From NCBI RefSeq assembly GCF_964213995.1, contig NC_135803.1, positions 14,322,001 to 14,386,000 on the forward strand: DNA of 64,000 nt. The letters run 5' to 3'. Shown here piece by piece: positions 37,180 through 49,322 of this stretch. Every line of letters begins with the position of its first letter. Position 1 is the stretch's first letter. The DNA comes from Mustelus asterias. Its lineage: Eukaryota. The translations under genes were made by a program, and so were the position numbers. The notes beneath the pieces are model-generated. The model saw only the letters and a program-made list of their open reading frames with translations. It was not told the origin of the DNA and did not search any database.

Positions 37180-38757
37180 ATCATAGAGTCATAGAGGTTT
37201 ACAGCATGGAAACAGACCCTTCAGCCAAACTTGTCCATGCCGCCCTTTTTTTTAAACTCCTAAGCTAATCCCAATTGCCCGCATTTGGCCCACATCCCTC
37301 TATACTCATCTTATCCATGTAACTATCTAAATGCTTTTTAAAAGACAACACTGTACCCACCTCTACTACTACCTCTGGCAGCTTGTTCCAGACACTCACC
37401 ACCCTCAGTACGAAAACATTGCCTCTCTGGACACTTCCGTATCTCTCCCCTTTCACTTTAAACCTATGCCCTCTAGTTTTAGACTCCCCTACTTTTGGGA
37501 AAAGATATTGACTGTCTAGCTGATCTGTGCCCTTCATTATTTTATAGACCTCGATAAGGTCACCCCTCAGCCTCCTACGCTCCAGAGAAAAAAATCCCAG
37601 TCTATCCAGCCTCTCCCCATACCCAAACCATCAAGTCCCGGTAGCATCCTAGTAAATCTTTTCTGCACTCTTTCTAGTTTAATAACATCCTTTCTATAAT
37701 AGGGTGACCAGAACTGCACACAGTATTCCAAGTGTGGCCTTACCAATGTCTTGTACAACTTCAACAAGACATCCTAATTCAATGTTCTGACCGATGAAAC
37801 CAAGCATGCCGAATGCCTTCTTCACCACTCTGTCCACCTGTGACTTTACTTTCAAGGAGCTATGAACATGTACCCCTAGATCTCTCCCCAATGCCCTACC
37901 ATTAACTGAGTAAGTCCTGCCCTGGTTCAATCTACCAAAATGCATCACCTTGCATTTGTCTAAATTAAACTCCATCTGCCATTCGTCAGCCCACTGGCCC
38001 AATTGATCAAGATCCCGTTGCAATCGAAGATAACTTTCTTCACTGTCCACTGTGCCACCAATCTTGGTGTCATCTGCAAACTTACTAACCATGCTTCCTA
38101 TATTCTCATTCAAATCATTAATATAAATGACAAATAACTGTGGACCCAGCACTGATCCTTGAGGCACACCGCTGGTCACAGGCCTCCAGTTTGAAAAGTT
38201 TACCGGGCGGCATGGTAGCACAGTGGTTAGCACTGCTGCTTCACAGCTCCAGGGACCTGGGTTCGATTCCCGGCTTGGGTCACTGTCTGTGTGGAGTTTG
38301 CACATTCTCCTCATGTCTGCGTGGGTTTCCTCCGGGTGCTCCGGTTTCCTCCCACAGTCCAAAGATGTGCGGGTTAGGTTGATTGGCCATGCTAAAAATT
38401 GCCCCTTAGTGTCCTGAGATGTGTAGGTTAGAGGGATTAGCGGGTAAATGTGTAGGGATATGGGGGTCGGGCCTGGGTGGGATTGTGGTCGGTGCAGACT
38501 CGATGGGCCGAATGGCCTTCTTCTGCACTGTAGGGTTTCTATGATTCTATGAAAAGCAACCCTCTTCAACCACCCTCTGGCTTCTGTCCAGAAGCCAATT
38601 TTGTATCCATTTAGCTACCTCACCCTGGATCCCGTGAGATTTAACCTTATGCAACCACCTACCATGCGGTACCTTGTCAAAGGCCTTGCTAAAGTCCATG
38701 TAGACAGCATTGACTGCAGTGCCCTCATCTATCTTCTTGGTTACCCCTTCAAAAAAA
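37180..38757 (-). mobile_element. 5'-truncated CR1 LINE
   Basis: DFSKAFDKVPHG, GVPQGSVLGP, FADDTKIGG, LEYCVQFWSP; tail catagagtcatagag. Confidence 0.93.
38204..38551 (+). mobile_element. SINE type A nested in CR1
   Basis: Full length; interrupts the RT region. Confidence 0.93.
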
Positions 38758-38814
38758 CGAATTCGGTACGGACTCAATGGGCTGAAGGGCACTGTATGAT
38801 TCTATAATTCTATG

Positions 38815-39015
38815 AATAATTACCATGAAACTAACATCAATTATCTTGAAAATCCATCTGGAATCTGCCATCCTTACATGGGACTCCAGTCCACAGCAAT
38901 GTGGTTGACTCTTAACTTCCCCTCTGAAGTAGCCCAATAAATCCAGTTACTTCAAGGGAAATTCAGGATGGGAAACCAGACTGGTCTTGCCAGCAATGTT
39001 TCAAGAAAGAACAAA
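38815..39015 (+). mobile_element. SINE type C 3' half
   Basis: ccacagcaatgtggttgactcttaac..gccagcaatg. Confidence 0.6.
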
Positions 39016-39098
39016 AATACCCTAGTTCCTTTTGTACATCACAACTACTGAAAATCACAGTGCTGGTCAGAGTTACCTCACTGCTTCCTACTTCTGGT

Positions 39099-39251
39099 TC
39101 AGGAAAATGCTGAACACCACAAATTGACCAATATCATGAGGGTAAATAAGGCATTTAGTGCATACAAGTTCAGTCCAGTACTGCTGCAAGAAACTCTTGA
39201 TCTGTCAGACACAGAGTAAATACCACATCAAGAACATCCATTCAGGTAGGT
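39099..39251 (+). promoter_or_regulatory. Putative promoter and non-coding exon 1 of copy E
   Basis: CAGGAAAA 39100, ACCACA 39116, CCAAT 39128, TAAATAA 39143, Inr-like TCAGTCC (A at 39172), donor CAG|GTAGGT 39245/39246. Confidence 0.55.
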
Positions 39252-39424
39252 AATTTTTCTTTAGTCTTTGTGGAATTTTATATACTGTGACCATCAGTGT
39301 CATGTTGAGACTGGTTATTCTTTCAGAACTTGATCCCTGCCTCTCCAAGGTAACCTTTTCACCTCAATTTGTTTCTTTTGCATTGGAAGATAATTTGAGA
39401 ATGTTAAATAAGATAGATTGAACT

Positions 39425-39763
39425 AGAATCATAGAAACCCTACAGTGCAGAAGGAGGCCATTCGGCCCATCGAGTCTGCACCGACCACAATCCCACCCAG
39501 GCCCTACCCCCACATATTTTACCCACTAATCCCTCTAACCTACGCATCCCAGGACTCTATGGGGCAATTTTTAAAACCTGGCCAATCAACCTAACCCGCA
39601 CATCTTTGGACTGTGGGAGGAAACCGGAGCACCCGGAGGAAACCCACGCAGACACGAGGAGAATGTGCAAACTCCACACAGACAGTGACCCGAGCCGGGA
39701 ATCGAACCCGGGACCCTGGAGCTGTGAAGCAGCAGTGCTAACCACTGTGCTACCATGCCGCCC
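39425..39763 (-). mobile_element. SINE type A (young)
   Basis: Full length on the reverse strand. Confidence 0.93.
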
Positions 39764-40605
39764 TAAATCTAAACAAGGAGTGAACTCAAAGAGCTGCACA
39801 TAACCAATCAATCTAACTACATCAGTGATCACTGCACTCGCTTTTATTGTCTCTCAGGCATTTAGGTTTGTTACTGTTTAAACATTGTGAGGGAAGTCTC
39901 AGCGTAGATTAACTCTCTTAAACATGTATGGAATCATATTAGGTCTTTGCCATTAAAGAAATCTCCCCTCCGAGGTGAAGATAACTTTGACATAGAACCT
40001 ACGATTAGTTAGTTCTACAGCAACAAGGAGTCCACCTTGGCATTAGTGGTAGCGTCCTCGCATTAGAGACGGGAGGTCTCTATACGGCACAATCCCACTC
40101 CAGAAAGTTAAGTACATGATCTAGGGTGATTATTTACTCAAAAGGGCAAAATTACAGAACTGAAAGTCACCAGAGAAATGCAAATTCTGATCTTTGTTTC
40201 AACAAAAGTATGTTTTGGAAAATAAATTTTAAGGAAAAAACTTTATGCCATGATCTTGAAGCAAATTTTGTTAAATAACCACCACTGAAATCAAAACCTT
40301 ACATCTTGCCATCTTTCTCTCTTAACTTTTCAATTATGAATCCAGCGTTCAGTACAAGAACCAATGACCAGATCAGGAGAAAAACACTCACAGAGTTAGG
40401 AGGATCAGTTGTGTAAAACCCTTCCTCGGTTAGGCAATGACTGCCTGTCTGTGTCGCACACATCCTGAAAGCAAACTTCTGTGAATACCTTAATCTGCCA
40501 CATAACTCCATAGCAATTTGCTGAATCACCGACAAATAACAATAACAGATAACATGACAGAAAGAGAACATGCTAGAAAAACACTTGAAAAATCAGTGCA
40601 TTTCA

Positions 40606-40910
40606 GGGTGACACGGTGGCACAGCGGTTAGCACAGCTGCCTCAGAGCACCAGGGCCCTGGGTTCGATTCCCGGCTTGGGTCACTGTCTGTTTGGAGTCT
40701 GCATGTTCTCCCCATGTCTGCGTGGGTTTCCTCCGGGTGCTCAGGTTTCCTCCCATAGTCACAAAGACATGCTGGTTAGGTGCATTGGCCGTGCTAAATT
40801 CTCCCTCTGTGCCCGAACAGGTGCCGGAGTGTGGCTGGGGTATTTTCACAGTAACTTCATAGCAGTGTTAATGTAAGCCTACTTGTGACTAGTAAATATA
40901 TAAAAATAAA
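40606..40910 (+). mobile_element. SINE type B
   Basis: Head, V-domain, B tail. Confidence 0.9.
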
Positions 40911-41340
40911 CAAATCCGAGAAGATAAGCAGTCTCTGTTCTAAGGTGAATAAATCTAAATGGGAGAGGAACAGATTATGAACAATATTCACATATTATTG
41001 AAATTTAGACTTTTCAACAAGTTTTTGTTTAAAATAGAGGACCATTAGATAGCAGGAAATGAGCCCAAGCCATGAGTTGATAACCAAACCCAATGGAGTT
41101 TCCCTCATATATTTTGTGATGTTTACTGTTCCATCAGTAAGAAATAAGAATCAATAATTATGATTCATTTATGAGAATCCAGAACACTAGATCCAGCGCA
41201 TTCTCATTAGGGTGCTCAAAGCACTAATATTTGTGGAACATTGTTCCCATGCTTCATATATTACAACAGTGAAAGTACTTCATTAGCCACAAATGGGTTT
41301 AGACAACCTGAATTAATGACAGGTTCTATATGAATGCAAG

Positions 41341-41630
41341 GGGCAGCACGATGACACAGTGGTTAGCACTGCTGCTTCACAGCACCAGGGCCCTGGGTTC
41401 GATTCCCGGCATGGATCACTGTCTGTGTGGAGTTTGCACGCTCTCCCTGTGTCTGCGTGGGTTTCCTCCGGGTGCTCCGGTTTCCTCCCACATTCTGAAA
41501 GACGTGCTGGTTAGGTGCATTGACCCAAACAGGCGCCGGACTGTGGCGACTAAGGGAATTTCACAGTAACTTCATTGCAGTGTTAATGTAAGCCTTACTT
41601 GTGATTAATAAATAAACTTTTAAAACTTTG
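41341..41630 (+). mobile_element. SINE type B
   Basis: Head, V-domain, B tail. Confidence 0.9.
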
Positions 41631-42009
41631 AAGTTCCTTCTTTCAAGAAGCACATGCACAAAGTCTTGAAACTGTAGTTATATATTTTATCACAGCATTG
41701 CAGAATTTATTATATCAGTGGTTTCCCGTTTAAGATAGGCAGTGTTAAATGCATTTTCCTGAGAAAAAATGTTTGTGTCCTCACAGTGCACATCAAGTCC
41801 CTTAACATGATCTACTGTTGCATTTCAAACATTCTATAACAGATGGAAAATATATTAACAAACATCTATCAAACAATAATTATTTGATTCAATGCTGAAT
41901 CCTCGGCCCCAGCCCCTTTTCATTTCAAGGATGATCCCTTTTAGCAAATTGTGGTGTGACATCTTTCTGGAAAAAATAGCATGTTTTACTTTAACTTTCA
42001 GATGCATTG

Positions 42010-43095
42010 ATGGCTGATTCTACAGAACATATCGAGATTGTTACAAGCACAAACTCCTCTGACAACGCCACCTGCCAATTTTCTTCTAACGGCTTTGCAA
42101 TTTTTACCACTACTGCCTATTCATTAATTTGTGTCGTTGGAATCATTCTCAACAGCCTGGCTTTCTGGGTGTACTTCTGTCATGTCCCCAACAGCAACAG
42201 CATCACCATCTATTTAAAGAACTTGGTGGTAGCCGACTTAATGCTGGTCCTCTCACTGCCGATAAAAATAGCTGGCGGGAGCAATTTGGGCTCCACAATA
42301 ATGAGAAAAATCTACTGCAATTTTGCAACATGCATCTTCTATTTGAACATGTATTCAAGCATTCTCTTCCTGGGATACATTGCGGCCACCAGATACCTGA
42401 AAATTGTCAAACCACTCAAAACACATCCATTTCAAACCCTCAAGTCTGCGAGAATTGTCTCCGTCGGAACCTGGTGTGTTCTTCTCAGCCTTGGATTTTC
42501 ATACACGTTTCTGACAGGGAAAAAGCCACCCCAGAATAGAACAAGAGAAACGTGCTTAGAATTTAGAAGTGGTTCGGGAGTTCACTGGCACGTAACCCTC
42601 CACGCTGGTGGCACATTTCTGTTTCTCTGCGTGTTGATAGGGCTTTGCTTCTTTTACTTTCAAACTGCAAAACGTCTTGACAAATCCCCATCGGCAAGCT
42701 CCCTCAGAAAGCAAGCCAAGGCAAAGAACAACATTCTAATCCTCCTTGCTGTCTTTGTGGTGTGTTTTGTTCCCTACCACATCGCGAGGCTTCCTTACAT
42801 TTTAAGCCAGATTGATGTCATCACTGGGTGTTTTTGGAAAAAGTCTCTCTTCCACTTCAAGGAATTTGCCGTTGTGCTGGCAACACTTAACGCCTGCTTA
42901 GATCCAGTGATCTATTTTCTGTTCTGCAAGGGATTCCGGTCAAAGTTAGGCCTGGAAAAATCTTCCAAGGACAACGTGCCACGCAACAATCTGTCCTTGC
43001 ATAGTAACCCTTCACGATCCGTACTCGACCAGCCGACAGTCGCTACTTCAGTGGTGCCAAAGAACCTTGAGCCTACACCTGTTCTCAAAGAATGA
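42010..43095 (+). CDS. P2Y12-family GPCR, P2Y14-like (copy E), 361 aa
   Basis: ATG 42010 after acceptor ttaactttcAG| (42000-42001); 7TM; LPIKI, TRYLKIVKP, CFVPYHIARLPY, FKEF, NACLDPVIYF; longer Ser/Thr-rich tail; nearest intact paralog upstream of GPR171. Confidence 0.93.
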   Translation: MADSTEHIEIVTSTNSSDNATCQFSSNGFAIFTTTAYSLICVVGIILNSLAFWVYFCHVPNSNSITIYLKNLVVADLMLVLSLPIKIAGGSNLGSTIMRKIYCNFATCIFYLNMYSSILFLGYIAATRYLKIVKPLKTHPFQTLKSARIVSVGTWCVLLSLGFSYTFLTGKKPPQNRTRETCLEFRSGSGVHWHVTLHAGGTFLFLCVLIGLCFFYFQTAKRLDKSPSASSLRKQAKAKNNILILLAVFVVCFVPYHIARLPYILSQIDVITGCFWKKSLFHFKEFAVVLATLNACLDPVIYFLFCKGFRSKLGLEKSSKDNVPRNNLSLHSNPSRSVLDQPTVATSVVPKNLEPTPVLKE

Positions 43096-43644
43096 AACAT
43101 GGCACACCCTATGAGCTGTTAAAAAAAATGATGGGGGAATGGGAAGGATTATGGCTTTGAATTCATGTAACGTCTACTGAATAATTATTTCCAAGTGATT
43201 GAAGCGTTTTTGAAGTATTTTCACTTTTTTGTCATTTTATCAAAAACAGTCTCAAGAAATTGCAATGGGATGAATCAAGTTCATCTGCTGAGTTCAATGC
43301 TTCACATGACTTTGATGTAAACTGACTGAAGCATTCTGGTCATGTTCCATTGTGTCCACTGTTCATACCAGTATATCATATAACATGAACGTGTTAGGGA
43401 AATATGGCAACATACAGCCATAGTATTAGCCCATTAATCTTAATGAGAAATGTTGGCAATACCCAGAGAATGAGAGAGACTGTATAAACATGTGATATGT
43501 CATTGGTTCAGTGATCAGAAAATTGAGAGTGGGTGAGGAGCAAGTACAGCAAATATATTGAGAATTATTTTGATTACATTGGGTACTTGCAATTTTGTCA
43601 CGTCTCTATCATCCTCTACATTCAGCGGAAGTTTGACATTTTTT

Positions 43645-43885
43645 CTTATTCATTGATGGGATTTGGGTGTCACTGGCTGGGCCAGTATTTACTGCCTATC
43701 CCCAATTGCCCTTGAACTACTTGCTAGGACATTTCACAAAACAGTTAAGAGTCAACCACACTGGAATCACATGTAGGCCAGACCAGGAAAGGATGGCAGA
43801 CTTCCTTCCCTCAAGGACATTAGGGAACCAGATGGGTTTTCATGACAGTCAAATCTAACTCATTATAATTCCAGATCTTTACTGA
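43645..43885 (-). mobile_element. SINE type C fragment
   Basis: ttattcattgatggga..ggtgtcactggctgggccag..gttaagagtcaaccac. Confidence 0.65.
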
Positions 43886-44280
43886 ACGTGTGTGCGCGTG
43901 CGCACACGTTGAAAGGGGAGTTAGTTTTGAGGACGTACGGGACGATTCTTACCCAGAAGCCCTTCAGCCATTTAAAAAGAGTCTTCAAATTAAAACAGGA
44001 AGGAGTTCACATTTTAGAAAAAGCACCCTGCCTCTAAAGAGCACAACTACCTACTTCCCGAATAACGTCAGCAAATTTAAAGTGAAACAAGCACTGAAAC
44101 CCTCTAAAATTTGTTCTATTATTGTGAAATGACCATTGGGCCACATGGAGAGAAATAAATTAAATGTCTTTCAATTTTTCAGTGTCTTTGAATAAGATTC
44201 TGTATACATCATTTAAAAAGGGGTTGTTACTTACACCATCTATTGGTGAACAATGGTACATTTGCTTTGTTATTTGCATT

Positions 44281-44629
44281 CATAGAAATCATAGAAACCC
44301 AACAGTGCAGAAAGAGGCCATTCGGCCCATCGGGTCTGCACCGACCACAATCCCACCCAGACCCTATCCCCATATCCCTACATATTTTACCCGCTAATCC
44401 CTCTAACCTACCCATCTCAGGACACTAAGGGGCAATTTTTAGCATGGCCAATCAACCTAACCCGCACATCTTTGGACTGTGGGAGGAAACCGGAGCACCC
44501 GGAGGAAACCCACACAGACACGAGGAGAATGTGCAAACTCCACATAGACAGTGACCCAAGCAGGGAATCGAACCCAGGTCGCTGGAGCTGTGAAGCAGCA
44601 GTGCTAACCACTGTGCTACCGTGCCGCCC
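44281..44629 (-). mobile_element. SINE type A
   Basis: Full length on the reverse strand. Confidence 0.93.
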
Positions 44630-44880
44630 ATTGTATTTATCTTACTCCTTCACCTAGGGTCGATATACAATAGGGTTACGATCCTCACAGCGACTGCTAA
44701 CATTTTAAAAAGGGACAAATTTCCCCAAACTTCCAATAAACTAATGGACAGGATTTCACATTTTAAGATTTTTGCTGCAACAAACTAATTTCAACATGGA
44801 TCAAAAATTAATTTAGAATTATCAATGACATGAAACGAAAGAGAACGGTACATTCCACAGTCACTGACACATCTGAAATA

Positions 44881-44999
44881 AAAGCAAACTACTGCGGATG
44901 CTGGAATCTGAAACAAAAACAGAAAATGCTGGAAAATCTCAGCATCTGTGGAGAGTGAACAGAGTCAGCGTTTCACGTCTGGATGAGCCTTCGTCACAG
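44881..44999 (-). mobile_element. Penelope-like short element with decayed hammerhead core
   Basis: tgcggatgctggaatctgaaacaaaaacagaaaatgctgg...; flanked by CTGAAATA on both sides; related copies at 32181-32268, 60776-60877 and 62365-62443. Confidence 0.6.
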
Positions 45000-45324
45000 C
45001 TGAAATATGTTTTGAGGCTTTAAGCAACACCTCATTTCTGACAGATATGTATCAAAACCACGGTCAAAACCACTCTCACTCCCAACTCTCCCCGTCACAC
45101 CAGGGTCAAACTTTCATTGTCCTTCAACACTCCCTATTCAAGCATTCCAGCTCCAGTTATCACCAGCAAGGCACATCGGCACGACTCCCCATTCCTTAAA
45201 TTTTCAAAAACCAAGTCTATTCTTTTCCCAATCTTTTGAGCAGTAGAAACAGAACTCTCACCAGCATCCTGCCTGTTTGTTAACACAAAACAGTTCACGC
45301 TGCCTGCCCATCGTAGCTTTGGAG

Positions 45325-48300
45325 CGTGGGACTTAGGAGCAGGAGTAGGCCATTCAGCCCCTTGTGTCTGCTCCGTCATTCAGTAAGATCAAGGGCTGAC
45401 CTGATTTCAATCTCAACTCCTGTCTGCCCTCCCATAAGACTCGACTCCCTGGTCTATCAAAAATCTGAATTCCACATACTGATGACCTTCTGTGAGGAAA
45501 GGTTTCTCATCACTGTCTTAAAAAGGAGACCTCGTATTTCTAAACAGAGTCTCCCTAGTTCTAGTCTCTCCCACAAGAGGAAACACTCTCCCAGCATCCA
45601 TCCTCTTAAGCCCCCTCAGGATCTTTTATGTTTCAATAAGATCACCTCTCATTCTTCCAAACTCCAATGGATAAAGGCCCAACCTGTCTTCATGAGGTAA
45701 GTACAGGAATGAGTCGAATGAACCATCCCTGAACTGCTTCTAATGCAATTATGTCATTTTTCAAACAGGGAGACCAAAACTGTACACAGTATTCCAGATG
45801 TGGCCCCACCATGGCCCTGTATAGCTGCAATAAAATGTATTTACTTTTACATTCCATTCCCCTTGCAATAAATAGCAACATTTCATTTGCCTCCCTAAAT
45901 ACCCACTGCATCAGCATTCTAATTTTCTGTGATTCATTTACCAGGATGCCCAATTCCCTCTGTACCAAAAGTCTGCATTCCCTTTTCATTTAAATAATAT
46001 ATTGCTCTTCAATGCTTTCTGCCAAATTAGACAAGTTCACACATTTCACAGTTCTGGTTCATCTGCCAATTCTTTGCCCATTCAATTAACATTTTTATAT
46101 CCCTTTGTAGGTTCCTTACCTCCTCTTGACAACTTTCTTTCCTACCTATCTAAAGTTTATTTATTAGTGTCACAAGTAGGCTTACATTAACACTGCAATG
46201 AGGTTCCTGTGAAATCCCCTAGTCGCCACACTCCAGTGCCTGTTCAGGTACACTGAGGGAGAATTTAGCATGGCCAATGCACCTAACCAGCACATCTTTC
46301 AGACTGTGGGAGGAAACCGGAGCACCGGGAGGAAATCCACGCAGATACGGGGAGAACGTGCAGACTCCGCATAGACAGTGACCCAAGGCTGGAATTGAAC
46401 CCGGGTCCCTGGCAGCTGTGCTAACCACTGTGTCACCGTGCCACCTAGTGTCATCAGCAAATTTAGCTATCATATGTTCGATCCCTTCATCTAAGTCATC
46501 AATATTGATTGTAGACAGTTGAGGACCCAGCATTGATCCCTATGACACACTACTGATTACAGCTTGCCAACATGAAAATGGCTCACTTACCCCAAGGCGG
46601 CACGGTAGCACAGTGGTTAGCACTGCTGCTTCACTCCGGTTTCCTCCCACAGTCCTAAGATGTGCGGGCTTGGTTGATTGGCCATTCTCAATTGCCCCTT
46701 AGTGTCCCGGGATGCACAGGTTAGAGGGATTAGTGGGTAAATATATAGGGATAGGGCCTGGGTGGGATTGTGGTTGGTGCAGACTCGATGGGCTGAATGG
46801 CCTCTTTCTGCACTGTATGATTCTATGATATTCTCTGCTTTCTGTTAGCTAACCAGTCCTTCTATCCATGCTAATATGCCAAGCCCACACCAGGAGCTCT
46901 TATTTTGTGCAATAATCTTTGATGTGGCACCTTACCAAATGCCTTTTGGAAATCCATTTAGTTACTTCCTCAAAGAGCTTCAATAAATTAGTTAAACAGG
47001 TTACCCTTTCAAAAATCCATGTTCAATCAGCCTGGTACCTCTAAGATTTAAGTAAAGTGCTAAAACCTCCTTAATGGTGGATTCTAGAAATTCCCTTAGG
47101 ACAGGTGTTAGGCTAACTTGGCCTTTGGTTTCCTCTTTTCTGGAATAAAATTGTTACACTTGCTACTTTCCAATCCACTTGAACGGCGTAATGGCACAGG
47201 GACAGCATGGTGGCACAATGGTTAGCACTCTGCCTCACAGCGCCAGGGACCTGGGTTCAATTCCCTGCTTGGGTCATTCTCTGTGCAGAGTCTGCATGTT
47301 CTCCCCGTGTTTGTGTGGGTTAAGTGCATTGGTCATGCTAAATTCTCCCTCAGTGTACCCGAACAGGTGCCCAAGTGTGGCGACTAGGAGATTTTCACAG
47401 TAATTTCATTGCAGTGTTAACGTGAAGCTACTTGTGATACTAATAAATTAACTTAAACTTCCCTTCCAGAATCTGAGAAATTTTGGAAGATGTCTCTACT
47501 ATCTCTGCAACCCTAAGGTGCAGGCCATCAAGTCCTGGGCCCCTGTCAGACTTTAGACTAATAGTTTTCCCACTACCTTTTCCGTGACGATTGAGATTGT
47601 TTTAAGTTCCTCCCTCTCTTTCACCTCTTGATTTTCATGTGCTTTTGGGAAGTTTTCCAAGTTTTCCACAGTGAAGACTGACACAAAATCCCTGTTCAAC
47701 CGTTCTGTCAATTGCTTCTGTTTTATTACTAATTTCCCAGTCTCACTCTTTAGAGGGCTAACACTTGCTTTAGTTACTCCTTTCCTTTTTAAATCCTTGT
47801 AGAACTCTGATGACCTGTTTTCATATTTCTAGTTAGCTTTCTCTCAAGCTCCCATTTCTGCCTCTAGTAAAATTTTTAGTTATTCTTTGTTGGTTCTTAA
47901 TCTGACTAATCTTTGGATGAACCACTAATCGTCGCAAAATTGAACATTGTTTCTTTCAGTTTGATACCATCTTTAATTTCCTTATTTAGCTCCAGATGAT
48001 GCATTCTTCTCAAGGAGTCTTTCTTCCTCACTTGAATAAGTCTTTGCTTAGAGTGGCACAGTGGTTAGCACTGCTGCCTCATAACGCCAGGGACCCGGGT
48101 TCGACTCCCGGCTTGGGTCACTGTCTGTATCTGCACATTGAACCCGTGTCTGCGTGAGTTTCCTCTGGGTGCTCCGGTTTCCTCCCACAGTCCAAAGCCG
48201 TGTGAGTTAGGTGGATTGGCCATGCTAAATTGCCCCTTAGTGTCAGGAGGACTAGCTAGGGTAAATGAATGGGGTTATGGGGATAGGGCCTGGGTGGGAT

Positions 48301-48430
48301 TGTGATTGGTGCAGACTCGATGGGCCAAATGGCCTCATTCTGCACTGTGGGATTCTATGATTCTACGACTAAATATCTCTTTAAATTTCAGCCACTATAT
48401 CTCCATTGTCCTACCTTATAACCTAGTTTC
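45325..48430 (-). mobile_element. Old degraded CR1 LINE carrying four SINE insertions
   Basis: LEYCVQFWSP, KFADDT and LGPQLSTI pieces; SINEs at ~46151-46446 (-,B), 46596-46830 (+,A), 47199-47460 (+,B), 48052-48368 (+,A). Confidence 0.8.
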
Positions 48431-48469
48431 ACTTTAGACACTGCCTTCATACTCTTATTTCTACTTTAT

Positions 48470-48750
48470 TCATTTTATTTATTTTATTTATTAGTGTCAC
48501 AAGTAGATTTAACACTGCAATGAAATTACTGGGAAAATCCCCCAGTCGTCACACTCCGGCATCTGTACACAGAGGGAGAATTTAGCACCCAACCAGCACG
48601 TCTTTCAGACTGCGGGAGGAAACCAGAGCACCCGAAGGAAACCCATGCAGACATGGGGAGAACATGCAGATTCCACACAGACAATGACGGGGAATTGAAC
48701 CCAGGTCCTTGGCGCTGTAAGGCAGCAGTGCTAACCACTGTGCCGCCCCA
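48470..48750 (-). mobile_element. SINE type B
   Basis: Head, V-domain, B tail. Confidence 0.85.
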
Positions 48751-49322
48751 TGGTTTAAAACACAAAACACAAGTCTTGGGCCCACACATTTCACCTTCAA
48801 ACTGAATGGGAGATTCTATCATGTTACATTCACTGTTGACATGAGGCTCTTTTACTGTAAGGATATTGATTAATCTTGTCTCATTGCACATTAACAGGTC
48901 TACCTTACTTAGTCTGCTCTCTCATTGGTGCTGGAATGTACTACTCTAAGAAATTGTCCCAAATATACTTCAATGAACTCATTTCCGAGTCTACCTTTAC
49001 CTCCCTGATTTGCCCAATCAATTCCTATCGATGAAAGTCACCCACGATTATGCTCGTAGTACCTTCCTCACATGCCCCATTTATGTTTTCCTGTATACTC
49101 GGTCCTGCAGTGTAGCTAGCGTTGTTTCTGCATCTCAAACAATAACTGTCCCTTTTCCTGAGATACAATGAAAAGCTGTCAACTGCCATTCCACTTCAAT
49201 AAGTTTCACTCCCCATGGCAACCAGATCACATGGGTATATCTCCAAACAGAGGTACTCATCAGGAAACTCCCCCCTTTTCAGAACATTCTGTTTTATCTT
49301 AAGTTAAAGGCGTTTCAAATCA

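Noticed and set aside
37694-38569. 291-aa minus-strand ORF containing RT motifs
   Set aside because: Chance fusion of an antisense SINE with a truncated CR1 RT segment; not an intact ORF2
2380-43095. Assigning the symbol P2RY14 to any single copy
   Set aside because: Motifs and position fit the P2Y12/13/14 group, but one-to-one orthology cannot be established without a phylogeny
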